Source: Patescibacteria group bacterium (lineage in GTDB: Bacteria; Patescibacteriota; Patescibacteriia; UBA9570). Taken from it: DNA of 64,000 bases. Location of the stretch: assembly GCA_041665365.1 (NCBI GenBank), contig JBAYIY010000001.1:29041-93040 (forward strand), read 5' to 3'. The notes beneath the pieces were generated by a model. The model saw nothing but the letters and a program-made list of their open reading frames with translations. It was not told where the DNA came from and ran no database searches. Shown in pieces: positions 42,060 through 50,756 of the stretch; within the stretch, counting starts at the first letter, position 1, and each line of letters starts with the position of its first letter. Made by a program: the position numbers and the translations under genes.

Positions 42060-42581
42060 TTAGCACTCGTTGGCCAGTTTTGGTTTCGATATCTTTGCGA
42101 GCGTTGCCCAGGCTTTGCGGATTTCAATACTCTTCAGCCGTTGGTTCACCCAATCCGGGCTATAGCCTTTTTTTAAATAGGTTTTTAAAGCTCGACTGAT
42201 AGCTAATTCTGGATCAGCCGTTTCTTCTAAACGTTCATACCCTACCTGTGCCAACCAAAGTTTAAACGGCTCAGCATTTGGTGAGGGAATGGATTGAATT
42301 AGTCGGAGCATAGTTTCGGTATCAGCTGCGTCAGTTATGTAATACTTACCGTCTGATGACTGCAATTTCAGTTGGTGACATTTTGTCACCAACTCACTTC
42401 CCTCTTTACGGAGTCGTTCTGCCAGCTTATTCCAGTACTTCCTAGCATCAACACTGTCAGTTAGGACACGAACCACGTCAATAACCGAAAAGTACCACAA
42501 TTCTTTGTCTGCGTCCCAATGGCGTCTGATCTGGCTACCTTGAAATAAGGCAATGGCTTCTTTTTTAGATTTCATAACCAA
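42060..42581 (-). CDS. Bro-N domain protein (DinD / phage-antirepressor-like)
   Basis: 'IRRHWDADKELWYFSVIDVVRVLTDSVDARKYWNKLAERL' resembles Bro-N/DinD family N-termini. Locally higher GC (~47% by eye). Confidence 0.5.
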   Translation of the reverse strand: MVMKSKKEAIALFQGSQIRRHWDADKELWYFSVIDVVRVLTDSVDARKYWNKLAERLRKEGSELVTKCHQLKLQSSDGKYYITDAADTETMLRLIQSIPSPNAEPFKLWLAQVGYERLEETADPELAISRALKTYLKKGYSPDWVNQRLKSIEIRKAWATLAKISKPKLANEC

Positions 42582-42658
42582 ATCTTACCCCAAAAAAAGG
42601 CTATTGTAAAGGCCGTTTTAAGCCAAAATTGGCTTATTAGTTAGCATGGGTTAAATCC

Positions 42659-43072
42659 CTACCAATTTAAATACGTAATCGTGAGTTGCAATATGGTCGC
42701 GAATGTCACCCACAACAAATAGGGTATCTGAACATACGCCACCCATCGTATCCGGGGATAAATGACTACCATACACCAAATGAGGGTGCTGAGCACTAGG
42801 AGAATATCCACGGCTGCCAGCCAGTTGCTTCTTAGGCCAAACTGAATTGGAGTGAAGACAGCATTAAAGATCAGGTTCAACACAAATGGTACGGCCATCA
42901 TCCGCGGTAATTGTTTCTTCCAGACCATCCAAAATACTGTACCAAACGAAATGGCAATCAATCCGTACAGCACCGTCCACGCTGGGCCAAATAACCAGGT
43001 TGGCGGCGCCCAGGTGGGTTTAATCAATTGTGCATACCAGCTAGGGATGTCCATTAGGTGTAGTATAGTCAA
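42659..43072 (-). CDS. TspO/MBR (tryptophan-rich sensory protein) family membrane protein
   Basis: 'PSWYAQLIKPTWAPPTWLFGPAWTVLYGLIAISF' signature N-terminus and Trp-rich TM helices. Confidence 0.7.
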   Translation of the reverse strand: MTILHLMDIPSWYAQLIKPTWAPPTWLFGPAWTVLYGLIAISFGTVFWMVWKKQLPRMMAVPFVLNLIFNAVFTPIQFGLRSNWLAAVDILLVLSTLIWCMVVIYPRIRWVAYVQIPYLLWVTFATILQLTITYLNW

Positions 43073-43147
43073 TCGCGGATTTCTTGCATAGATTAAAGGG
43101 TTTTATTACACTGAAGCTGGTTGGGGTGGGATGGATGGTGTGGGGGT

Positions 43148-43429
43148 TTATTTTTTGAACTTTGGCCATCGATTATAACCCACCGACGGATCATTGGATT
43201 TTAACTTTTTTATATAATCAACCTCAATTTTATTTACTTCCTCATCAGGTGCATCTTCAGATTGCCAAAGAATTTCTCGCCGAATAGTAAAATCTTTTTT
43301 ATCAGTGTCTGAAAAATCTTGCTCAAGTATTTTACTATCAGGGCTACCGAAGTATCTAAAAGTCCCGGTCAAATCTTTACCAACATAGATTTTCCCGTTT
43401 GGATATGTGATTTTATATATCCACTTCAT
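43148..43429 (-). CDS. small GIY-YIG nuclease superfamily protein (YhbQ/UPF0213-like)
   Basis: 'WIYKITYPNGKIYVGKDLTG' matches the GIY-(x10)-YIG spacing. No additional domain. AT-rich. Confidence 0.45.
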   Translation of the reverse strand: MKWIYKITYPNGKIYVGKDLTGTFRYFGSPDSKILEQDFSDTDKKDFTIRREILWQSEDAPDEEVNKIEVDYIKKLKSNDPSVGYNRWPKFKK

Positions 43430-43501
43430 ACAGTGTTACTAAGTAAAAAGTTATTGAATAGTTATTTCCGTTAAATTGGTGGGAATGGGGTGAGTGGTTT
43501 C

Positions 43502-43984
43502 CTATCTATTAACTACCGGCAAATATGTGCATCTGCAAAATGGTTTGCCATTTTGATTCATATCATAAGTGCAACGTGGATTTGGTATTGGCATATTTTC
43601 AAAAGCCTCTTTCAAATCAAATATTTTACCGCTATTAATATTACAGTGAATGCAACCTGAATTACATAAAATCTCCACTTTTTCACAGCCCAGTTCCTTA
43701 AGTATTTGCAATTCCAATTTTGCGGCAGCAGCATTTTCTTTAAAACTGTCTTTTCCTTCCTCATTCAGATACAGAGCCATTGTGAAATAAATCATTTTTT
43801 GATCTTGCAGGTCAGTGGTTTTAAGAATTACTAAATTAAACAATGACCATAATGTGTCACCATCAGATGCAGGTTGACCAAATTTCTTTGTTAGCTTTTC
43901 CTTCTGATTCTCAAAATCCTTCCCAGATACACCATAAGCTGATAGAGAATTAAGATATTTTTTTATATAGGCCATAAAACTCAT
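43502..43984 (-). CDS. hypothetical protein with Cys-rich C-terminus (putative metal-binding)
   Basis: C-terminal 'CEKVEILCNSGCIHCN...PRCTYD...FCRCTY' cluster of nine Cys. I recognise no family. Confidence 0.4.
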   Translation of the reverse strand: MSFMAYIKKYLNSLSAYGVSGKDFENQKEKLTKKFGQPASDGDTLWSLFNLVILKTTDLQDQKMIYFTMALYLNEEGKDSFKENAAAAKLELQILKELGCEKVEILCNSGCIHCNINSGKIFDLKEAFENMPIPNPRCTYDMNQNGKPFCRCTYLPVVNR

Positions 43985-44042
43985 TTTAGAATAACATCAC
44001 CACCTTTGGCTATATGATCCAAATTGGAAAATGTTACATTTT

Positions 44043-44780
44043 CTAATAGTGAAAACGTGGGTCAGTTGATAATTCATCCTTCAGCTTCTGATTCTGCTGT
44101 CCTAATTCTTTGAGCCTAGGAATAAAACTATCTATAAATTGCATTTCTTGAGAGTTATTGTTTATGTCATCAAATAAATCCATTAAGCCCATCGCGATAT
44201 TTCCCACCAACCACAAATCAGATTTGACATGTAACTCATCCTCTAAATCAAAATAGGGTGTATCAAATTGCCCTGCAACTCTATTGAAACTGAATGTTTT
44301 CATAGCATAGATAATATTTGAATGTGAAGTGGTCGAATTAATATGATCCTTAATTTTCTGTATGTGGTTAGAACCGTCACGATGATACGTTGTGATCCAT
44401 TTGTACCTTTTATTCTTTAGTGCGTCTGATGCTTTCAGTATTCCTTGTTCATCGTAATCAGCAAAACCATCAACCGACGGATTGGCAATTGCATAAGCAG
44501 CACATGTACCGGCTTCCAAAACCTGACGTAAGTCCATCATGGCTTGCGTGTGATGCAACCTAAGTGCGGAGAATAGGGCAAGTGTGTGATGTTTTCTAAT
44601 CTGTGACAGAAAAATTACAAAAACTCCTAGTTTGGGGCTAACTGACTTCAAAAAAGTATTTAGGAGAGTATTTAAGTTTGATGCATTTAGAAAATGCTCG
44701 TCATATCGTACTTTCCCTTCGAGAACCAGTTTTGTCTCAGTCTCAATAATCTCACCGATAGTTCCCTGCTTGATTCCCAT
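44043..44780 (-). CDS. hypothetical protein
   Basis: Unrecognised 245-aa ORF. Starts 5 bp after the alaS stop. AT-rich (~33% GC by eye). Confidence 0.4.
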   Translation of the reverse strand: MGIKQGTIGEIIETETKLVLEGKVRYDEHFLNASNLNTLLNTFLKSVSPKLGVFVIFLSQIRKHHTLALFSALRLHHTQAMMDLRQVLEAGTCAAYAIANPSVDGFADYDEQGILKASDALKNKRYKWITTYHRDGSNHIQKIKDHINSTTSHSNIIYAMKTFSFNRVAGQFDTPYFDLEDELHVKSDLWLVGNIAMGLMDLFDDINNNSQEMQFIDSFIPRLKELGQQNQKLKDELSTDPRFHY

Positions 44781-44785
44781 AAATA

Positions 44786-46552
44786 TTAACTCTCCTCCAC
44801 CACCGCCTTAATCCGCCTCACGCCAGCGGAACAAGCTTCTTCCTTCAGGATCTTAAAGTGACCAACCTCTTGAGTATTGTTCACATGCGGGCCACCGCAG
44901 AATTCTTTGGAGAAATCACCAACGATGTAGACTTTCACTTTGACGTCGTACTTGCTATCGAATAAACCAATGGCTCCCAGCTTATGGGCTTCTTCCACAC
45001 TCATGATTTCATAATGCACCGGCAAAGCACGTTTAACTTGTTCGTTGACCATGTCTTCAACTTGTTTAAGTTGTTCAGTGGTCATTTTTTCGGGGTGGGA
45101 AAAATCGAAACGGAGACGCTCCGGGGTGATGTTGGAACCTTTTTGGTAGACATGCGGACCGAGGATGCGGCGGAGGGATTCTTGCAATAAGTGTGTGGCG
45201 GTGTGACCGCGGATGGTTTCCCAGGAGGCATCGGCTAGACCACCTTTGAACCGTTTTTGGGCACCAGCGCGGGATTGCTCTTGGTGTTGTTTATAAAAAT
45301 CATTGAAGCCATCTTCATCTATCGTCAGGTTTTTTTCTTTGGCCATTTCTTGAGTAAATTCTAAGGGGAAACCATACGTATCAAAGAGATGAAAAGCATG
45401 CTCCCCCAACATAACTCCACCACGAGGAATGTTTACAGTGAGCCTATCGAACTGTTTTTCCCCTTTTTCTAAAGTCTTGGCAAATTTTTCTTCTTCATTA
45501 ACTAACTCTAGTTTGATTTCGGAACGTAAATCATTAAATTTCGGATAATATTGTTTGAACATATCAATAACGATGTCGGCTAGGTCTTGTAAAAAATAAC
45601 CTTTGATACCTAATTTACGTCCATGACGAATAGCGCGGCGAATTAAACGACGCAATACATAACCTTGATCGATATTTGAAGGTGAGGCACCATCGCAAAT
45701 CATAAATGTAGCAGCGCGAACGTGATCGCAGATTATTTCCTTTGAAGTATCCCCGTGGGTGGTGGCCAGTTGATTGATTTTATCCATGATTGGGACAAAC
45801 AAATCGGTTTTATACACCTCGTCTAAACCATTGAGCACAGCGGTGACGCGTTCTAAGCCCATGCCGGTATCAACATTTTTTTGTTTAAGCGGTTCAAATT
45901 TTCCATCGGCCGTTTTTGAATACTGCATGAACACATCATTCCAAATTTCCACATACTTACCACACGAACAACTTGGGTCACACTCGGGTTTACATTTTTC
46001 TATGCCGACATCATAAAACATTTCGGTGTCTGGTCCACATGGGCCGGTCACACCAGCTGGACCCCACCAATTTTGCGCTTTGGGAAAAAAATAAATGCGT
46101 TCATCGGGAATACCTAGGTTGCGCCATAAAATAGCTGATTCATCATCACGCGGGGCATCGGCGTCACCGGCAAACACACTAACCGATAACCGCTCCACTG
46201 GGATGCCGAGCCAGTCTTTGCTGGTTAAAAATTCAAAACTCCAAGTGATGGCTTCTTTTTTAAAATAATCGCCTAACGACCAATTGCCTAACATTTCAAA
46301 AAAAGTTAGATGCCAGCGATCACCGACTTCTTCAATATCACCAGTGCGCACACATTTTTGCACATCAGTTAAACGCACCCCTGCCGGATGTGGTTCCCCC
46401 ATTAAATACGGTACCAATGGGTGCATACCGGCCGTGGTAAACAACACCGTTGGATCATTGTCCGGAATCAACGAGGCCGAACCAATAATGGCGTGATTCT
46501 TACTCGAAAAAAAATCTAAATACTTCTGCCTTATTTCATGTGAAGTAATCAT
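44786..46552 (-). CDS. alaS: alanyl-tRNA synthetase (catalytic + editing domains, lacks C-Ala domain)
   Basis: Class II catalytic core ('FTTAGMHPLVPYL', 'FEMLGNWSLGDYFK') and editing-domain 'HTATHLL' / 'CGGPHV' motifs. Only 588 aa. Confidence 0.85.
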   Translation of the reverse strand: MITSHEIRQKYLDFFSSKNHAIIGSASLIPDNDPTVLFTTAGMHPLVPYLMGEPHPAGVRLTDVQKCVRTGDIEEVGDRWHLTFFEMLGNWSLGDYFKKEAITWSFEFLTSKDWLGIPVERLSVSVFAGDADAPRDDESAILWRNLGIPDERIYFFPKAQNWWGPAGVTGPCGPDTEMFYDVGIEKCKPECDPSCSCGKYVEIWNDVFMQYSKTADGKFEPLKQKNVDTGMGLERVTAVLNGLDEVYKTDLFVPIMDKINQLATTHGDTSKEIICDHVRAATFMICDGASPSNIDQGYVLRRLIRRAIRHGRKLGIKGYFLQDLADIVIDMFKQYYPKFNDLRSEIKLELVNEEEKFAKTLEKGEKQFDRLTVNIPRGGVMLGEHAFHLFDTYGFPLEFTQEMAKEKNLTIDEDGFNDFYKQHQEQSRAGAQKRFKGGLADASWETIRGHTATHLLQESLRRILGPHVYQKGSNITPERLRFDFSHPEKMTTEQLKQVEDMVNEQVKRALPVHYEIMSVEEAHKLGAIGLFDSKYDVKVKVYIVGDFSKEFCGGPHVNNTQEVGHFKILKEEACSAGVRRIKAVVEES

Positions 46553-46588
46553 GGCGATAGTTTAGTGAATTATAAGGGTTTCGTCTAG
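46545..46588. repeat. 44-bp direct repeat copy A (alaS promoter/start region plus the mnmA-type TAG stop)
   Basis: 'gtaatcatggcgatagtttagtgaattataagggtttcgtctag' is 43/44 identical to 48743-48786. On the minus strand it carries TATAAT 16 nt before the alaS ATG. Confidence 0.85.
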
Positions 46589-46590
46589 CT

Positions 46591-48750
46591 TTATTGTCTT
46601 TTTGTTCTTAATGCACTGTGCAATTCATCAAATCGTTTTATAATGGTGTAGTCATCTAGTGCAGCCGTCATGGCTTCATAATTATCTGCGTTTAATTTAC
46701 GCAAAATTTCGCGGGCTTTTTCAATGATCGTCGAGGACTTACCGGGACGAATCATTCGTTCGAGGTGGCGTAATCCACTGGATCGTTGCACTAGATATCG
46801 CAATTCGGCAGCATCTTCTGGCTTGATATCAGGAGAAAAATCAATCAATAATGCTGGTAGAACTTCACGTAAACGTGTCCGAAATTTAGGGCTGTCTTTT
46901 AAGAGGCGATCAAACTCTGAGCGTCCTTTCAATTCTTCATACACTTGTTTTTGTAAGGTGTTGTCTTTAAAAATAAATTTATCAACATGATAATCACTGA
47001 GTGATGCGCTTCTAAGATAGGATCGAATAATTTTTTGAAAATTTATAATAGGATCACGTTGGGCAATTTGGTACACGATTTCTATTTCTGTATGATCCGC
47101 CTTATCGGCGATGGTTTGATATTGTTCATTAATCGCCGCTGCTAGTCCGTCAGGCAATTCTGCTGGAACACCGTGTTGTCGCATTAATTCAACAACCTTC
47201 GATGTAAAAAACACGCGTTCTTTGGCACGGGTTTGTTCGTGAATAATGTTCGCAGAAAACTGTTGTCCGATGGCTATGATACGATTATCTTCTACCTGAC
47301 TTAAATCATAGGTGGTTCCAAACTGCTGAATGGCTAAACTTCGATAATAATCTTGTTCTGCAACGCTCAAAGAAGTAACTGGAGGAAGTTCAGCTGGTGC
47401 TTCGTTGCTGCCATCAATTTTCACCATATAATATTCAAGAATATCTTTTAATTGCTCGGAATGATGCGGAGCAGTCAGAGGCATATCAAGGGCAACGGCT
47501 CTAACGACAGGCTCCATACGTAATAGAGTATGATCTAAACCGATAATTTTTTTTGTATCCAGATCTCGTTTTGCCCACGTAGCATCCGTTATAACGGAGT
47601 TAGCTGATCCATCGCGTGTCACGGTCACAAATGAATTCCAGGCGTGCCCAACTTTATTTAAATTATGTGATAAATAATCATCTCGTTCTGGAGCAAAAGA
47701 GTCATCACCCTGCTCAAAAAGAGCGTAAGTATTACGTAATCGATTATATTGAGTTTGATTGGCTTTAAGTGCCTCAAACACACCTTTAACAGCACTGGCA
47801 AAATTCCGACACACTCCATTACCTTCCCAAGTAGGGTCGGTTCGTCTTTGTAAACCTTCTTGCAATAACTGTAACACTGTACTTTGATCAGCTACAGTAT
47901 CTTGACCGACTACTAAATCACCCCGCTCAGCTTTAGTATCACTCCATTTATATTTCGTTAAATCAACTACCAAACTAGTAGCTAATTCTACGGCTTGACT
48001 AGGCGACAATGCATCTAATTCTTTTATCCCCAATCCTTTAGCAATTTCAGCTCCTTCCCCTTTTATATATTTTATAATAAAATTATATAGTTTCTTTTCC
48101 CAACCTCTTTCTTTAATTGTTTCTTGATAAGTTTTAGCGCTTGGTGCAGTTCCATCTAGACGACCGTCGCTCATTAAATATTTTTCGACTGAAGCAGGGA
48201 TAGGATGAGCCTGTTCCGCTGCAGCTACCTGGGGATGAAAAGACTTTAATTCTGAAAAAGCGATCGTATTATCTGGTGAAGGTTGTAGTCTGAGTAATGG
48301 ATGATCAATGACACGTTCTTCGGCTTCAACTGTTGTTAAAAAATAGGCTTTGGCTTCATCCCAAGTATCAAAAATAAAAGAGGTTGTAGCTAAATAATAT
48401 CTGCCAGTTTCATCTATTCCGCCCGGTACGGTCACTTTATAACGGCCATCCGCTTCTAACTTAATGTTGAAAAAATGATCGCCGGCATAGGTTTTATCTA
48501 ATGAAGCACGCTCGGTTGCAATGCGCACATCATTTTTTGATATTTCAACGCGCGCTCTGGCTGTCGCTTCATCTTCAAATCGTTCTTGACATGTTCCAAC
48601 TATTGAACCATTTGAGCTATCAATCAAGCCAGGTAACGACACTTCGAATTTTCCATCGACCGCAACTATACTATATAGCTCTCGCCCATTTGGATTTATA
48701 AATAAGTCCCTCTTTCTTTCACTAGCTCTAATTGATTCAGAGGTAATCAT
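46591..48750 (-). CDS. large cytoplasmic protein with central transglutaminase-like Cys-His-Asp (papain-fold) core
   Basis: 'GNGVCRNFASAVKGVF' (Cys), 'VGHAWNSFVTV' (His) and 'ITDATW' (Asp) have transglutaminase-like spacing. There are ~300 aa of unrecognised N-terminus and ~320 aa of unrecognised C-terminus. The N-terminus 'MITSE' copies the alaS 'MITSH'. Confidence 0.55.
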   Translation of the reverse strand: MITSESIRASERKRDLFINPNGRELYSIVAVDGKFEVSLPGLIDSSNGSIVGTCQERFEDEATARARVEISKNDVRIATERASLDKTYAGDHFFNIKLEADGRYKVTVPGGIDETGRYYLATTSFIFDTWDEAKAYFLTTVEAEERVIDHPLLRLQPSPDNTIAFSELKSFHPQVAAAEQAHPIPASVEKYLMSDGRLDGTAPSAKTYQETIKERGWEKKLYNFIIKYIKGEGAEIAKGLGIKELDALSPSQAVELATSLVVDLTKYKWSDTKAERGDLVVGQDTVADQSTVLQLLQEGLQRRTDPTWEGNGVCRNFASAVKGVFEALKANQTQYNRLRNTYALFEQGDDSFAPERDDYLSHNLNKVGHAWNSFVTVTRDGSANSVITDATWAKRDLDTKKIIGLDHTLLRMEPVVRAVALDMPLTAPHHSEQLKDILEYYMVKIDGSNEAPAELPPVTSLSVAEQDYYRSLAIQQFGTTYDLSQVEDNRIIAIGQQFSANIIHEQTRAKERVFFTSKVVELMRQHGVPAELPDGLAAAINEQYQTIADKADHTEIEIVYQIAQRDPIINFQKIIRSYLRSASLSDYHVDKFIFKDNTLQKQVYEELKGRSEFDRLLKDSPKFRTRLREVLPALLIDFSPDIKPEDAAELRYLVQRSSGLRHLERMIRPGKSSTIIEKAREILRKLNADNYEAMTAALDDYTIIKRFDELHSALRTKRQ

Positions 48751-48786
48751 GGCGGTAGTTTAGTGAATTATAAGGGTTTCGTCTAG
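48743..48786. repeat. 44-bp direct repeat copy B
   Basis: 43/44 identical to 46545-46588. Contains the mnmA TAG stop (48783-48785), TATAAT, and the ATG plus first codons of the 719-aa gene. Confidence 0.85.
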
Positions 48787-49871
48787 TTAATCTCTCTTTC
48801 AATTATCACTCCACCGCCTAATACTACATCCCCATCATAAAACACAGCAAACTGGCCGGGTGTTACGGCTCGAACGGGTTCGGCAAAGTCTATTTTATTT
48901 CCACTGACACTACATTTAACATCTGGAGTGCGATAACGTACTTTTACGGAACACGTAAATGTGTCGGTTGGTCTGAGGCCGGATACCCAATGCTCATCGC
49001 TAAACGTACACCAGTTGGAAAATAAACTGGGATGATCTTTACCCTGACAGATTACTAAAGTGTTATCAGACAGACGTTTGTCCACCACATAATATGGGCC
49101 AGTACCACCAATTTCAATGCCCTGGCGCTGACCAATGGTGTAATAGGCTAAACCTTTATGCTCCCCCACTATTTTACCGTCTGTTAAAACCATTGGTCCA
49201 GGTGCAGCTTTAACATATTGTTTTAAGAAAGTTTGAAAATCAATATCACCAATAAAACATAAACCTTGACTGTCAGGTTTGGTCGCCACTGGTAATTTAA
49301 ACTGTTCCGCTAGTTTACGCACTTCTGGTTTTAATAAACCCCCAATCGGAAATAATATTCTGGATAATTGAGTTTGATCTAAATGGTAAATAAAATATGA
49401 TTGATCTTTATTCGGATCGGTTCCCTTTAACAATTGATTTTTTATGATTCGTGAATAATGCCCCGTCGCGATTTTATCAAAACCCAGCGTCATCATTTTA
49501 TCTAAAAACGATAAAAATTTTATTTGGGTGTTACACATTACATCAGGGTTAGGTGTGCGTCCGGCTTTGGTTTCTTCTAAGAAATATTGAAACACTTTAT
49601 CACGGTACTCTTTTTCAAAATTGATACTTTGAAACGGAATCTTTAAGTGAGCACAAATAGCGGTAACATCTTTCACATCATCTTCCCACGGGCAATGATC
49701 GTACTTACCACGATACGCTGCATCGGCTTCATCGGACCAATTCTTCATGTAAAAGGCTTCTACTTGGTAGCCCTGCTGCAATAATAACGCCGCCGACACA
49801 GCTGAATCGACCCCGCCACTCATGGCGACGGCAATTTTGTTGTTTTTCTGAATTGACTGTGGTATAGTCAT
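48783..49871 (-). CDS. mnmA: tRNA-specific 2-thiouridylase MnmA
   Basis: PP-loop '[14 protein letters not shown]' and catalytic Cys motifs. Start placed at the internal Met 'MTIPQS' (363 aa, matching the expected MnmA length). The longer ORF to 49985 would overlap pdxS. Confidence 0.8.
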   Translation of the reverse strand: MTIPQSIQKNNKIAVAMSGGVDSAVSAALLLQQGYQVEAFYMKNWSDEADAAYRGKYDHCPWEDDVKDVTAICAHLKIPFQSINFEKEYRDKVFQYFLEETKAGRTPNPDVMCNTQIKFLSFLDKMMTLGFDKIATGHYSRIIKNQLLKGTDPNKDQSYFIYHLDQTQLSRILFPIGGLLKPEVRKLAEQFKLPVATKPDSQGLCFIGDIDFQTFLKQYVKAAPGPMVLTDGKIVGEHKGLAYYTIGQRQGIEIGGTGPYYVVDKRLSDNTLVICQGKDHPSLFSNWCTFSDEHWVSGLRPTDTFTCSVKVRYRTPDVKCSVSGNKIDFAEPVRAVTPGQFAVFYDGDVVLGGGVIIEREIN

Positions 49872-49880
49872 GCCCAGACT

Positions 49881-50756
49881 ATGGCAAAAAATACATTTAA
49901 ACTCAAGTCCGGTCTGGCCCAAATGCTTAAAGGTGGGGTGATTATGGATGTGGTCACAGCCGACCAAGCCAAGATTGCCGAACAAGCCGGTGCGGCTGCC
50001 GTGATGGCTTTAGAACGCGTTCCGGCTGATATCCGCGCGGCTGGCGGTGTAGCTAGAATGAGTGACCCAAAGTTAATTAAAGCCATAATGAAAGCCGTGA
50101 CAATTCCGGTCATGGCCAAAGTTAGAATCGGTCATTTTGTTGAAGCCCAAATTATTGAAGCCTTGGGAGTAGACTATATTGATGAATCTGAAGTGCTCAC
50201 CCCGGCCGACCCATTTTCTCATATTGATAAAACTACTTTTAAAATACCGTTTGTGTGTGGTGCCAGAGATTTAGGTGAGGCTGTACGCCGAATCAACGAA
50301 GGTGCGGCCATGATTAGAACCAAAGGTGAGGCGGGTACCGGTAATATTGTTGAAGCGGTGCGGCATATTAAAAGGATCGCTGAAGATCTGAAGGTACTGA
50401 AGACGCTGAAAAAATCACAGCTAAAAAAACTAGCCAAAGATTATCGGGTACCGTTAGAATTATTAGAGCAAATACAAAAATTGGGGAAATTACCAGTCGT
50501 GAATTTTGCGGCCGGTGGCATTGCTACCCCAGCCGACGCTGCCTTGTGTATGCAGTTAGGTGTAGACGGTGTGTTTGTGGGTAGCGGGATATATAAATCC
50601 AATAATCCAGCCAAACGCGCCAAGGCCATTGTAGAAGCTACTACTCATTATAATGATCCCGATTGGTTAGCACGGGTATCTGAAGATTTAGGTGAACCGA
50701 TGCCCGGATTAGAAATAACTGAATCTTTAACTAAGTTATCATCCCGTGGCATTTAG
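49881..50756 (+). CDS. pdxS: pyridoxal 5'-phosphate synthase lyase subunit PdxS
   Basis: '[15 protein letters not shown]' and (beta/alpha)8 barrel motifs. Confidence 0.9.
   Translation: MAKNTFKLKSGLAQMLKGGVIMDVVTADQAKIAEQAGAAAVMALERVPADIRAAGGVARMSDPKLIKAIMKAVTIPVMAKVRIGHFVEAQIIEALGVDYIDESEVLTPADPFSHIDKTTFKIPFVCGARDLGEAVRRINEGAAMIRTKGEAGTGNIVEAVRHIKRIAEDLKVLKTLKKSQLKKLAKDYRVPLELLEQIQKLGKLPVVNFAAGGIATPADAALCMQLGVDGVFVGSGIYKSNNPAKRAKAIVEATTHYNDPDWLARVSEDLGEPMPGLEITESLTKLSSRGI

Noticed and set aside
44043-44780. Possibility that the 245-aa ORF is the split-off C-Ala domain of AlaS
   Set aside because: No Gly-rich DHHA1-like 'GGG' motif or C-Ala-like pattern. The sequence is unrelated by eye.
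44043-44780. HEPN-like Rx4-6H motif in the 245-aa unknown
   Set aside because: Only 'RKHH' and 'RLHH' are present. The spacing does not fit the HEPN consensus.
48783-49985. Longer mnmA ORF starting at 49985
   Set aside because: It would add a 38-aa non-conserved N-terminal extension and overlap the divergent pdxS by ~100 bp. The internal Met at 49871 gives a canonical 363-aa MnmA.
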